51,277 bases of DNA from an uncultured Bifidobacteriaceae bacterium (GCA_964391765.1 CAYMNG010000005.1:1-51277); one strand, 5' to 3'; positions 35,971-45,168 are shown, counted from the first letter of the stretch. Translations and numbers: made by a program. Notes: generated from the sequence alone by a model not told the origin.

Positions 35971-36000
35971 ATCATAAAGACGACTTATAGGGATAAGCAA
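35971..36000 (-). promoter_or_regulatory. Predicted sigma-70-type promoter giving a leaderless psuK mRNA
   Basis: On the minus strand: -35 TTGCTT (35995-36000), an 18-nt spacer, -10 TATGAT (35971-35976), then 6 nt and GTG 35964. No SD lies in between. The stretch is locally AT-rich. Confidence 0.4.
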
Positions 36001-36068
36001 GTCGCCCGGTCGGACGTCCGGCCTGAGAGCCTGATCGAACCGCGGCGACGACTCGGAGTCGATCCGAC

Positions 36069-36111
36069 GCAATCGAGAAAAAAAGTGACGTCACACTCTT
36101 GACTCACGCGC
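36069..36111 (+). promoter_or_regulatory. Copy 1 of a 43-bp A-tract / GACGTC / CTCTTGAC element (promoter plus putative operator)
   Basis: Sequence gcaatcgagaaaaaaagtgacgtcacactcttgactcacgcgc. A7 tract at 36078-36084, perfect palindrome GTGACGTCAC at 36085-36094, -35-like TTGACT at 36099-36104 and -10-like GACGAT at 36122-36127 (17-nt spacer). 34/43 identical to 42701-42743. Confidence 0.5.
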
Positions 36112-36174
36112 GGCACACGACGACGATCCCGTCATCCGGTCGCATGAGCGACCCCAGGAGACCCGGAGGTAGTC

Positions 36175-37428
36175 GTGCGCGCTTTGAACCTCATGCGGCG
36201 GCCGATTGGAGTCGTCGTCGCGACGGCGGCAGTCGTGTCGTTCACCGCGGGCTGCGCCACCGGCGCGACCGACGCCGCGAGCAGCGCCTCGGCGAAGGCG
36301 GAGTCGAGTTCCGCTGCGCCGGCGGCGAGCCAGGCGAGCGGTTCCGCCGAATGTCCGACGGGCGACGCCCTGACGATCGGCCTGCTGACCCCGATGACGG
36401 GTTTCGCGGCGAACTACGGCCCCGAGGCCCAGGCGGGCTTGCAACTGGCGCTCGACGAGGCCGGCAACGCCGCCGGTGGCCGCTCGATCACGGTGGTCAC
36501 CGCCGACGAGGACGTGACCGATCCGTCGCAGACCCTCGAGCGGTTGAAGCAGATGGTCGAGTCCGACGGCGCCAGCATCATCGTCGGCCCGATCTTCGGG
36601 TCGAGCCAGCAGGCGGTCGCGGCGTACCTCAAGCAGAAGAATGTGCCCATGTTCACCATGCTCGGCGGCGGGGAGAACCTCGCCGGATCCGGCACCGGAT
36701 TCGTCTGGCCGGCGGCCGACAATCGTACGGCTGCTCCGCTGGGTACCTACGCGGCCGAGGAGCTCGGCTACAAGAAGATCGCCACGCTTGCCCCCGACTA
36801 CGCGTACGGACACGACGCAATCGACGGTGCGACGAAGGCGTTCGAGGCAGCCGGCGGGACCGTCGAGCAGCAGCAGTGGGTGCCGCTGGGCACGACCGAC
36901 ATGCTTCAGTACGCGACCAAGTTGGACCAGAACGTCGACGCGCTGCTGATGTGGCTCGTGCCCAGCGACGCCGCGGCGTTCATCAAGGAGTATCGCAACC
37001 TGGGGATCAAGGTGCCTTTGCTGCTGTTCCAGGGCGTCTTCGATCCGACCTTCCAGGAGATGGGCGACCAGGTGCTCGGCGAGATCGGCCTCAACGAGTA
37101 CAACCACCTGCTCGACTACCCCGCGAACAAGTCGTTCGTCGAGGCCTACGGCGCGAAGAACGGCGGGCAGATCCCCAACCAGACGACCGCGTTCGCCTAC
37201 CAGGTCGGCAAGAACATCGTCACCGCTCTGGACGCCGACTGCGGCGATGCGAGCACGGCCGCGCTCCGGACGGCGCTGGCCGACCGGCCACTGGACACGA
37301 TCATCGGCCCGGCGAAGTACTCGGCCGACGGCCTGGCGACCTCGAACCGGGTCATCGTGAAGGCGGTCAAGGGAACCGACGGTCGGTTCGAGTGGGAGCC
37401 GGTGAAGACGTACGAGAACGTCGGCTAG
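36175..37428 (+). CDS. Branched-chain-amino-acid-type (LIV/HAAT) ABC transporter substrate-binding lipoprotein
   Basis: Lipobox SFTAGC. The PBP type I Leu/Ile/Val-binding-like body has ...PDYAYGHD.... A ggagg SD precedes GTG 36175. Confidence 0.85.
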   Translation: MRALNLMRRPIGVVVATAAVVSFTAGCATGATDAASSASAKAESSSAAPAASQASGSAECPTGDALTIGLLTPMTGFAANYGPEAQAGLQLALDEAGNAAGGRSITVVTADEDVTDPSQTLERLKQMVESDGASIIVGPIFGSSQQAVAAYLKQKNVPMFTMLGGGENLAGSGTGFVWPAADNRTAAPLGTYAAEELGYKKIATLAPDYAYGHDAIDGATKAFEAAGGTVEQQQWVPLGTTDMLQYATKLDQNVDALLMWLVPSDAAAFIKEYRNLGIKVPLLLFQGVFDPTFQEMGDQVLGEIGLNEYNHLLDYPANKSFVEAYGAKNGGQIPNQTTAFAYQVGKNIVTALDADCGDASTAALRTALADRPLDTIIGPAKYSADGLATSNRVIVKAVKGTDGRFEWEPVKTYENVG

Positions 37429-37431
37429 TTC

Positions 37432-38277
37432 GTGCAGGTAATCGCGAACGGCCTGGCGCTGGGCGCAGTCCTGTTCCTCATCGGATCAGGACTGGCCCTG
37501 CTGCTCGGCGCCGTGGGCGTGCTGAACCTCGCCCACGGCGCCGTGTACATGGCCGGCGCATACGTCGCGTGGACGTTCGGCATGGCCTTGGGCTGGCCGT
37601 TCCCGCTGGCGGTTCTCATGGCGGCCGTCGCCTGCGCGGTGATCGGCCTGGCCTTCGAGCGGATGTTCCGCGTCATCCCAAAGAGCCCGAACGAGCAGAT
37701 CCTGTTGTCGTTCGGGCTGATCTACATCATGGCCAACGCGGCCCAGTGGATCTGGGGTCCGGTCGCCAAGCCACCGTTCGACGTCCCGTGGCTGAACGGG
37801 GCGGTGCAGACCGGGTTCGTCGCGATCCCGGTCGGGCGACTGGCGATCGCCGCCGTCGGGTTCGGAATCGCGATCCTGTTGTGGTGGGTGCAGGACAGGA
37901 CCCGCATCGGTGCGATCGTGCGGGCCGGCATGGACGACGCGCCCATGACGCGCGCGTTGGGGATCAACCTGAACCTGGTCGTCGTCGCCGTGTTCGTGCT
38001 CGGATCCGCGATCGCCGGAGTCGCGGGAGGCGTAGGCGGGCTCGTGCTGGGCGCGAGTTCGGACCAACCGATGCAGATCCTGCTGCTGGCCCTCATCGTC
38101 GTCGTGGTCGGCGGCGTCGGCTCGGTGTCCGGCACCATCTTCGCGTCCTTGCTGATCGGCCTGCTGGACTCGATCTCGCGGTACTTCTTCCCCGACATGG
38201 CGATGGTGATGCTCTACCTGCTCATGGTCGTCGTCTTGGTCGTCCGACCGACCGGAATCAGCGGGCGGGCCTCGTGA
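37432..38277 (+). CDS. HAAT-family ABC permease (LivH-like)
   Basis: MQVIANGLALGAVLFLIGSGLALLLG...NLAHGA is a typical LivH N-terminus. Multi-TM. Confidence 0.85.
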   Translation: MQVIANGLALGAVLFLIGSGLALLLGAVGVLNLAHGAVYMAGAYVAWTFGMALGWPFPLAVLMAAVACAVIGLAFERMFRVIPKSPNEQILLSFGLIYIMANAAQWIWGPVAKPPFDVPWLNGAVQTGFVAIPVGRLAIAAVGFGIAILLWWVQDRTRIGAIVRAGMDDAPMTRALGINLNLVVVAVFVLGSAIAGVAGGVGGLVLGASSDQPMQILLLALIVVVVGGVGSVSGTIFASLLIGLLDSISRYFFPDMAMVMLYLLMVVVLVVRPTGISGRAS

Positions 38278-39254
38278 GCGGGCTCAGTGCGCGACGAGTC
38301 CGCTCGACGGTGGCCGTCGGCGTGATCGTGCTCGCGGCGTTCCTGCTGCCTTTCCTGCTCACCAGCCAGCAGCAGAGCCTGGCAACTCGGGCGTTGATCT
38401 TCGGGATGGCCGCGGCGAGCCTGGATCTGGCGTACGGGCACGCCGGGCTGTACTCGCTGGGCAACGCCGCGCTGTTCGGCGTCGGCGGGTACACCGTGGG
38501 CATCGTCATGGTCCGGTACGGCATCGACTCGTTCTGGCTGCTCATCGCGGCCGCGATCGTCGGCTCGGCGATAGCGTCGGCGGTGTTCGCGGTGATCGCC
38601 CTGCGCGCCCGCGGGATCTACTTCATCCTCGTGACCCTCGCGGTCGGCCAGATGGTGGCCAACATCGCCCAGCAGTGGAGCTTCCTGAAGACCTCGTACT
38701 CCGAGTCCGTGACGGGCATCGCCCTGCCCTCGCTCGGGCTCGGCGAGCAGTGGACGAACGGCACGTTCTACCAGTTCGTCCTCGTGATCGCCGTCGTGAT
38801 GCTCGTCCTCATTCGCCGGATCGTCGGATCGCCGGCGGGATTGGCCGTCCGCGGGACGCGCGAGAACGAGACGCGGATGGCCGTCCTGGGGTACAACGTC
38901 TGGCGCTACCGCCTCATGGTGCTGGTCGTGTCCGGGACGCTCAGCGGAGTCAGCGGTGCCCTCTTCGCCTTCCAGTCGGGGCTGATCGCGCCGACGAACA
39001 TCGGTGTCGGCGCGTCGGGGATCCTCGTCCTCATGGTGATCATCGGCGGCACCGCGACGCGCTACGGCGCGTTCGTCGGTGGCATCGCCGTGACGCTCCT
39101 GACGTTCTACGCCAGCCAGTTGAGCGAACAGCGGGCACCGTTGATCGTCGGAGTCCTGTTCGTGATCACCGCACTGCTGAACAAGAAGCGGTCCACGATT
39201 GCAGCCGCGCTGACACGCTGGCGGCGCAGGGGGGTCGGCAATGCCGTTGCTTGA
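38274..39254 (+). CDS. HAAT-family ABC permease (LivM-like)
   Basis: LDLAYGHAGLYSLGNAALFGVGGYT is a LivM-type motif. GTG 38274 overlaps the LivH-like stop (GTGA). It is the only credible part of the 1051-aa ORF-track entry 36099..39254. Confidence 0.85.
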   Translation: MSGLSARRVRSTVAVGVIVLAAFLLPFLLTSQQQSLATRALIFGMAAASLDLAYGHAGLYSLGNAALFGVGGYTVGIVMVRYGIDSFWLLIAAAIVGSAIASAVFAVIALRARGIYFILVTLAVGQMVANIAQQWSFLKTSYSESVTGIALPSLGLGEQWTNGTFYQFVLVIAVVMLVLIRRIVGSPAGLAVRGTRENETRMAVLGYNVWRYRLMVLVVSGTLSGVSGALFAFQSGLIAPTNIGVGASGILVLMVIIGGTATRYGAFVGGIAVTLLTFYASQLSEQRAPLIVGVLFVITALLNKKRSTIAAALTRWRRRGVGNAVA

Positions 39255-39978
39255 GGTCGACTCGGTCGTGCGCACCTATGGCGGTGTCCGCGCCGTCGAC
39301 GGCGTCTCCCTCGACGTCGAACCTGGCGAATGGGTGGGCATCATCGGTCCGAACGGCGCGGGGAAGAGCACGCTGTTCAACATCATCGGCGGGCAGGTTT
39401 CCGCGTCGGAGGGAACGGTCGCACTCGGCGGCCGGGACATCACCCGCATGCGACCCGACGAGCGGTATGCCCTGGGCGTTTCGCGTTCCTTCCAGACCTC
39501 CAGCCTGTTCCCGGATCTGACCGTCCGCGAGCAACTCGCCCTCGCTTGTCGCACCAGCGCACGGTGGAGCCTGCTGGGATCGTGGCGATCGGACCGGATC
39601 CTGGCGGCACGGATCGACCAGGTGCTCGAGGTTTGGGGTCTGGGCCGTCAGCACGCAGGGTCGTTGCCCGACGAGATGTCGTACGGCGAGCAACGTCGAC
39701 TGGAGTTGGCACTGGCGGTCTCGGCGAGCCCGCGGCTGCTCCTGCTCGACGAGCCGAACGTCGGGTTGACGGCGGCGGAGTGCGACGACCTGCGCGACCG
39801 GGTGGTCGAACTCGGGCCGCAGACGGCGGTGATCTTCGTCGCCCACGACATGGCGATGGTCATGGGGTGGTCGCACCGCGTCCTCGTCATGCACCAGGGC
39901 CGGCTCGTCGCCGACGGAACGCCCGAGGAGATCGCACGGGATCCGTTCGTAGAGGAGGTGTACCTCGGTGCCGAGTGA
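39241..39978 (+). CDS. HAAT-family ABC ATP-binding protein (LivG-like)
   Basis: Walker A GPNGAGKST, signature SYGEQRRLELA, Walker B LLLLDEP. Confidence 0.9.
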   Translation: MPLLEVDSVVRTYGGVRAVDGVSLDVEPGEWVGIIGPNGAGKSTLFNIIGGQVSASEGTVALGGRDITRMRPDERYALGVSRSFQTSSLFPDLTVREQLALACRTSARWSLLGSWRSDRILAARIDQVLEVWGLGRQHAGSLPDEMSYGEQRRLELALAVSASPRLLLLDEPNVGLTAAECDDLRDRVVELGPQTAVIFVAHDMAMVMGWSHRVLVMHQGRLVADGTPEEIARDPFVEEVYLGAE

Positions 39979-40699
39979 GACGACCCTGACGGTTCGGGGC
40001 CTTCGCGGCGGCTACGACGCGACACCCGTGTTGCACGACGTCGCCCTGGACGTTCCGACGGGGTCGACGGTCGCGCTGCTCGGACGCAACGGGATGGGCA
40101 AGACCAGCACCATCAAGGCGATCATGGGCCTGCTTCCGCGCAGCAGCGGCTCGGTCCGGCTGCGCGGCACGGAACTGGTCGGATCGGGAGCGAGCGCGCG
40201 GGCGAAGGCGGGCCTGGGTTACGTCCCGGAGAGCCGGCAGGTGTTCCGCAGCCTCACCGTTCGCGAGCACCTGGAGATCGGGGCGCGACCGGGAGTCGAT
40301 GGCGCCGCGGCGTGGACCCCGGCGCGCCTGATGGACCTGTTCCCGGTACTCGGCCGCCGGGCGAAGGCGATGGGCAACCAGCTCAGCGGCGGCGAGCAGC
40401 AGTTGCTCGTGATCGCTCGCGCCCTGAGCACCAACCCGATCCTGCTGCTGCTGGACGAGCCGACCGAGGGCCTCGCGCCGGCGATCGTGGGGGAGATCGG
40501 ACAACTCCTCGCCCGCATCACGGCCGAGCCAGGCGCCCCGTCGGTCCTGCTCGTCGAGCAGAACCTGCGGTTCGCGCTCAAGGTCGCGAAGGACTGCGTG
40601 GTCCTGGTCGACGGCGGTGTCGCATTCACCGGGCCCGCCGAGGAGCTGGCCGCGCGACCGGACCTGCAGCAGTCCCTGATCGGGCTGGGTGCCGCATGA
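39968..40699 (+). CDS. HAAT-family ABC ATP-binding protein (LivF-like)
   Basis: Walker A GRNGMGKTS, signature LSGGEQQLLVIARAL, Walker B LLLLDEPTEGLAP. Confidence 0.9.
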   Translation: MPSETTLTVRGLRGGYDATPVLHDVALDVPTGSTVALLGRNGMGKTSTIKAIMGLLPRSSGSVRLRGTELVGSGASARAKAGLGYVPESRQVFRSLTVREHLEIGARPGVDGAAAWTPARLMDLFPVLGRRAKAMGNQLSGGEQQLLVIARALSTNPILLLLDEPTEGLAPAIVGEIGQLLARITAEPGAPSVLLVEQNLRFALKVAKDCVVLVDGGVAFTGPAEELAARPDLQQSLIGLGAA

Positions 40700-42015
40700 C
40701 GGGTGCCATGCGACTGGAGACGGTCAGGCGCGAACTCGCCGAAGGTGAGACGACGGCACGGGACCTGCTCGAGGAGCACCTGGCTGTGCTCGAGGAACGC
40801 GAGCCGGTGATCCGCGCGATGGTTTGCACCACCGTCGAGTCGGCCCGCCGCCAGGCGGACGAGGCTGACCGCCGGCTCGCGGCCGGCGACGACAGTCCAC
40901 TCCTGGGCATCCCGTTCGTCGTGAAGGACCTGATCGACGTCGCCGGCGTGCCGACGACCGCGGGAAGCCGCGTGCTGAGCGGCAATGTTCCGAACCGGAC
41001 CGCGACGGCGTGGCGGCGGCTGGCCGATGCCGGGGCGATACTCGTCGGCAAGGCGAACACCCACGAGTTCGCGTACGGCGGCACGACCGAGCCCACCCGG
41101 AATCCGGCCGACCCCGCGCGGATGGTCGGGGGGTCGTCCGGCGGTTCGGCGGCCGCACTCGCGGCGGGGTACTGCCTGGGCGCACTGGGGTCGGACACCG
41201 CCGGCTCGATCCGGATCCCGGCGAACCTGTGCGGGGTCGCCGGGCTGAAACCGTCGGGAGGCGCCGTGCCCGCCGACGGAGTCATCCCGCTCGCGCCGAC
41301 GCTGGACGTCGTGGGTCCGATGGCACGGCAGGTCGCCGACCTCGATCCGATCCATCGTGTGCTGACCGGCGTTCGGGCGCGTGGGAGCGCGCCCGAACGG
41401 TCACTTGACGGTGTACGTATCGGTCTGCTCGAGGTCGACGGACCCACGGACCCCGACGCGCGGGCGGTGCTGGCGGACGCCGCACGGGTCGCGCAGCGGG
41501 CCGGGGCGAGGATCCGGGCAGTCGAACTGCCCGGCTTCGCGGAGTCGGTGGGTGCGAACTTCGCCATCATCGGGTTCGAGGCCACGGCTTTCCACCGCCA
41601 GTGGGCCGATCGACGCGACCTGTACACACCGTACGTCCGCGACCGGCTCGCCGAAGCCGAGGGCGTGTCGGCGGAGCGGTACTCGCAGGCACTGGCCTTC
41701 GGCGCGGACCTGGCTCGCTCGGTCGACCGCGTCCTCGAGGAGGTCGACGTCGTCCTCCTGCTCGGTGTCGCGTTCCCGGCGACCCCTGCATACGACGAGC
41801 GGATCCTGGTCGGGGGGCAGTGGTGCGATCGCGACACCGAACTGTGCCGGAACACGGCGTTCGCGAACCTCACCGGTCACCCGGCGCTCGCCGTCCCTGC
41901 CGGCCTCAGCGGGCGGTTACCGGTGGGCGTGCAACTCGTCGGGCGCCGGGGGGCCGATCTCGAACTGATCTCGCTCGGCGCGGCCCTCCAGGACGAGATC
42001 CTCGCGCGGCGGTAG
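40696..42015 (+). CDS. Amidase (amidase-signature family)
   Basis: GIPFVVKDLID, GGSSGGSAAALAAG and GSDTAGSIRIPA (AS signature). ATG 40696 forms an ATGA overlap with the LivF-like stop. Confidence 0.85.
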   Translation: MTGAMRLETVRRELAEGETTARDLLEEHLAVLEEREPVIRAMVCTTVESARRQADEADRRLAAGDDSPLLGIPFVVKDLIDVAGVPTTAGSRVLSGNVPNRTATAWRRLADAGAILVGKANTHEFAYGGTTEPTRNPADPARMVGGSSGGSAAALAAGYCLGALGSDTAGSIRIPANLCGVAGLKPSGGAVPADGVIPLAPTLDVVGPMARQVADLDPIHRVLTGVRARGSAPERSLDGVRIGLLEVDGPTDPDARAVLADAARVAQRAGARIRAVELPGFAESVGANFAIIGFEATAFHRQWADRRDLYTPYVRDRLAEAEGVSAERYSQALAFGADLARSVDRVLEEVDVVLLLGVAFPATPAYDERILVGGQWCDRDTELCRNTAFANLTGHPALAVPAGLSGRLPVGVQLVGRRGADLELISLGAALQDEILARR

Positions 42016-42030
42016 CGCGCGAGGAACCGG

Positions 42031-42648
42031 TCAGGTGAAGAACGCCCGGTACCAGATGCCGGCGGCTGCCGCGGCTGCGGTGTCGACGTCGACCTCGCGC
42101 CCGTTGAGGTCGCTCTGGGCGAACCAGAGGTACGCGGACTGCTCCACCATGCATGAGACGGCCTCAGCGAGTACCACCGCTTCGACGCCGTTCACCATGG
42201 TGATGCCGTGAACGGACTCGAGCGCGTGCGTGAAGCGCTCGACGTGGCGTTGGCGCATGTGGCGCCAGAAGTCGCGGAACCGATCGTCGACGTGGGCCGC
42301 CTGCATGAACGCCCGCATGACCTCCCGGTTGCGTGCGTAAAGGTCCAGGTAGCCGCGGTTGGATTCGACGAGCGCGCCGAACGGGTCGCTGCCGAACTGC
42401 TTCGTCGTCGACGTGCTCGCGGCGTAGAGGCGTTCGTGCAGGTCGGCGATGACGCCGGCGAACAGGTCCTCCTTGTTGGCGAAGTACCGGTACAGGCCGC
42501 CGAGGGACATCTTCGCCTCGGTCGCGACGTCGCTCATCCGCAGGTTCACGTAGCCGTCGCGGGCGAACACCTCCCGGCCGACGTCCAGCAGGTGGGCGTA
42601 CGTGCGCTTCCCCTTCGGTGTCGTGGGGACGATCGGTCCGGTCGTCAC
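42031..42648 (-). CDS. TetR/AcrR family transcriptional regulator
   Basis: HTH RTYAHLLDVGREVFARDGYVNLRMSDVATEAKMSLGGLYRYF. GTG 42648 has an aggagg SD 9 nt upstream. Confidence 0.9.
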   Translation of the reverse strand: MTTGPIVPTTPKGKRTYAHLLDVGREVFARDGYVNLRMSDVATEAKMSLGGLYRYFANKEDLFAGVIADLHERLYAASTSTTKQFGSDPFGALVESNRGYLDLYARNREVMRAFMQAAHVDDRFRDFWRHMRQRHVERFTHALESVHGITMVNGVEAVVLAEAVSCMVEQSAYLWFAQSDLNGREVDVDTAAAAAAGIWYRAFFT

Positions 42649-42700
42649 GGTGGGCGACCTCCTATCACGCGATGCTCGGGCAGCCTATGTGCGAAGTGAG

Positions 42701-42743
42701 GCTATCAAGAAAAAAAACGACGTCAGTCTCTTGACGATCGCGC
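42701..42743 (+). promoter_or_regulatory. Copy 2 of the 43-bp A-tract / GACGTC / CTCTTGAC element
   Basis: Sequence gctatcaagaaaaaaaacgacgtcagtctcttgacgatcgcgc. A8 tract at 42710-42717, GACGTC at 42719-42724, -35-like TTGACG at 42731-42736 and -10-like GAGCAT at 42755-42760 (18-nt spacer). Confidence 0.5.
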
Positions 42744-42769
42744 TTCCGTTGGGCGAGCATTCCCCCGTG

Positions 42770-44356
42770 ATGGCCGAGAACGCGACGACCGAGCAACTGA
42801 TTCGGGCCGCCCGCTACCGCGCCGAAGGCTGGTGGCGCGGCGAGCGGCTCGAGGCCCGCTTCCTGGCCCACGTCACGGCCGACCCGTACCGCACCTGCGT
42901 GACCGACGACGCCGGGCGCACGCTCACCCGGCGCGGGCTGTGGGACGCGGCCGTCGCGTTCGCCGACGAGCTCACGGCCCGCGGTGTCGGTGCCGGCGAC
43001 CGCGTCCTGATCTACCTGCCGAACCGGACCGACTGGCAGGTCGCGCTGCTGGCCGCCCTGCAACTGCGGGCGATCCCGGCGACGGTGCCAGTGAGCACGG
43101 ACCTCGCGACGCTGACGTACATCAGCGGGCAGGTCGGCGCGAGCGCGATCGTCACGGTCGGCGAGCATCGACGTCGGCCCACCGGCGAGTTCGCGCACGA
43201 GGCGGCCGCGACGGCACCGCAGCCGGTCGCGGTTGCCGTCGTCGACGAAGCCGGCGTCCGCACCTGGACCGAGCACTCCGGCCGCGAATCGGCGGCGCCG
43301 GTGCCGGCCGAGGTCGAGCAGCTGATGTTCACCTCGAGCACGACCGGGCTGCCGAAGGCGGTCATGCACACCGTCGACACGCTCGCCGCGGTCAACGCCG
43401 CGTTCGCCGAGCGGTACGGACTGACCGAGGACACGCCGATCTTCATGCCCTCGCCGCTGGGTCACAGCGTCGGCGCATGGCACGGGGGGCGGCTGTCCCT
43501 GTACACCGGCGCGCACCTGGTGCTGCAGGACCTTTGGGACCCCGAGGCGGCGCTGGCCGCGATCGACCGGCACGAGTGCTTCTTCACCGCCGCGGCGACG
43601 CCGTTCCTGAAGGACGTCATCGACGTGCCCTGGACTCCCGGGACGGTGAAACTGGCCTCGCTTCGCGCGTTCTTGTGCGGGGGTGCGCCGGTGCCGGCCA
43701 GCCTGGTCGAGGAGGCCGCGGTCCAGGCGCCGAACACGTTCGTCACGGTCTTGTGGGGGATGACGGAGGGCGGCGTGACGACCTGCCCCCCGGGCACGCC
43801 GCGTGCGGTCGTGGCCCACAGCGCGGGCTGCCCGCTGCCGGGGCTGGAGTTGACGATCCTGCCGGCCGACGGCGTCAGCGGCGACATCGGCGAACTAGCG
43901 ATGCGCGGGCCCGGGGTCTTCGTCGGCTACCTCGGCCAGTCGGACCTGTACCGCCAGCACCTGACCGCCGACGGGTTCTTCCGCACCGGGGACCTGGCCA
44001 TGCTCGACTCCGACGGGTTCGTGCACCTCGACGGGCGTATCAAGGACCTGATCATCCGCGGCGGGATCAATATCTCGCCGACCCCGATCGAGGACGCGAT
44101 CTCGGCGCATCCGGGCGTCCGCCGCGTCGCGGTGATCGGCGCGCCGGACGACCGGCTCGGCGAGCGCATTTGCGCCGTCATCGTCGCCAAGGGATCCGGG
44201 CCGACCCTGGAGCAGTTGCAGGAGTGGCTCACCGCGCGCGGCCTGTCCCGCCGGCAACTGCCGGAGTCGCTCGTCGTCGTCGACGACATGCCGGTCACCG
44301 CGGCCGGCAAGATCCGGAAGGTCGACCTACGACGGGACCTGGAGGGACGGCTGTGA
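42770..44356 (+). CDS. AMP-dependent acyl-CoA synthetase/ligase
   Basis: FTSSTTGLPKAV AMP-binding motif, GYLG, TGDLA and a C-terminal P.TAAGK. Start is ATG 42770 or in-frame GTG 42767. The earlier part of ORF-track entry 42602..44356 covers the promoter region. Confidence 0.85.
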   Translation: MAENATTEQLIRAARYRAEGWWRGERLEARFLAHVTADPYRTCVTDDAGRTLTRRGLWDAAVAFADELTARGVGAGDRVLIYLPNRTDWQVALLAALQLRAIPATVPVSTDLATLTYISGQVGASAIVTVGEHRRRPTGEFAHEAAATAPQPVAVAVVDEAGVRTWTEHSGRESAAPVPAEVEQLMFTSSTTGLPKAVMHTVDTLAAVNAAFAERYGLTEDTPIFMPSPLGHSVGAWHGGRLSLYTGAHLVLQDLWDPEAALAAIDRHECFFTAAATPFLKDVIDVPWTPGTVKLASLRAFLCGGAPVPASLVEEAAVQAPNTFVTVLWGMTEGGVTTCPPGTPRAVVAHSAGCPLPGLELTILPADGVSGDIGELAMRGPGVFVGYLGQSDLYRQHLTADGFFRTGDLAMLDSDGFVHLDGRIKDLIIRGGINISPTPIEDAISAHPGVRRVAVIGAPDDRLGERICAVIVAKGSGPTLEQLQEWLTARGLSRRQLPESLVVVDDMPVTAAGKIRKVDLRRDLEGRL

Positions 44357-45168
44357 CCGCCGCGCTGACGCAGGGCGCCGCGGTGGTGGGCGACATCGAG
44401 GTGGCGTACGCGAGCACCGCGGGCACGGGCCTGCCGGTCGTGTTCGTGCACGGGTTGGCGGAGGACCACGACTCCTGGTCCGACCGGCAGACGGAGGTCG
44501 ACGGACGTCCGACCTACGCCTACGACCTGCGCGGTCACGGCGGGACGACGATCGGTGACGCGGACGGGACCCTCGCGCAACTCGGCCGAGACCTGTTGGC
44601 GTTCCTGGCTTCGGTGAGCGGCGCCGCCGAGGTCGTCGGGTTCTCCCTCGGCGGGACGATCGCGCTGTGGGCCGCGGCGCACGATGACGGGGGACTGATC
44701 CCGCACGTCGTCGTCCTGGGCACGTCCTCCGTGGTCGGCCGGCACGCGGTGCAGTTCTACGGCCAGCGCATCGACATGGCCGCCGACACCGACAGCGAGT
44801 CGTTCGTGCAGGCGCTGACCGACGACACCGCGGCGGGCCTGGCGGTCGAGCGCGATCGGGCCGCCGACGTCGCCCGTGTCCGACTGCGGGCGGTCGGCGA
44901 CGGACGCGGCTACGTCAACGCCGCCCGCGCGATGATGCGGCTGCACGACGACCCGCTCACCGACGACCTGGCGCGGATCGCCGTCCCGGTCGATGTCGTG
45001 GGTGCGACCGAGGACTCGTTCTGCCCACGGAAGGCGGCGCAGGTCATCGTCGATCACCTCGCGCACCCGACGTACCACGAGATCCCGCACGCCGGCCACC
45101 TGATGAACGTCGACAACCCCGGCGGCGTCGCCGCCGTTCTCACCACCACATTGAGGAGAAGCTACTGA
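44353..45168 (+). CDS. Alpha/beta hydrolase
   Basis: VVFVHGLAEDHDSW (HG oxyanion region), nucleophile elbow GFSLGG and a late HAGHL. GTG 44353 overlaps the upstream stop (GTGA). Confidence 0.8.
   Translation: MTAALTQGAAVVGDIEVAYASTAGTGLPVVFVHGLAEDHDSWSDRQTEVDGRPTYAYDLRGHGGTTIGDADGTLAQLGRDLLAFLASVSGAAEVVGFSLGGTIALWAAAHDDGGLIPHVVVLGTSSVVGRHAVQFYGQRIDMAADTDSESFVQALTDDTAAGLAVERDRAADVARVRLRAVGDGRGYVNAARAMMRLHDDPLTDDLARIAVPVDVVGATEDSFCPRKAAQVIVDHLAHPTYHEIPHAGHLMNVDNPGGVAAVLTTTLRRSY

Noticed and set aside
36085-36094. GTGACGTCAC as a CRP/GlxR-type cAMP receptor protein site.
   Set aside because: Actinobacterial CRP sites have TGTGA-N6-TCACA spacing. Here the half-sites are separated by only 2 nt, and copy 2 keeps only the GACGTC core.
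36099-38273. N-terminal ~725 aa of the 1051-aa ORF-track entry 36099..39254.
   Set aside because: It is out of frame with the well-supported SBP and LivH-like genes and is Arg/Gly-rich nonsense. Only the last 326 aa (GTG 38274 onward) form a LivM-like permease.
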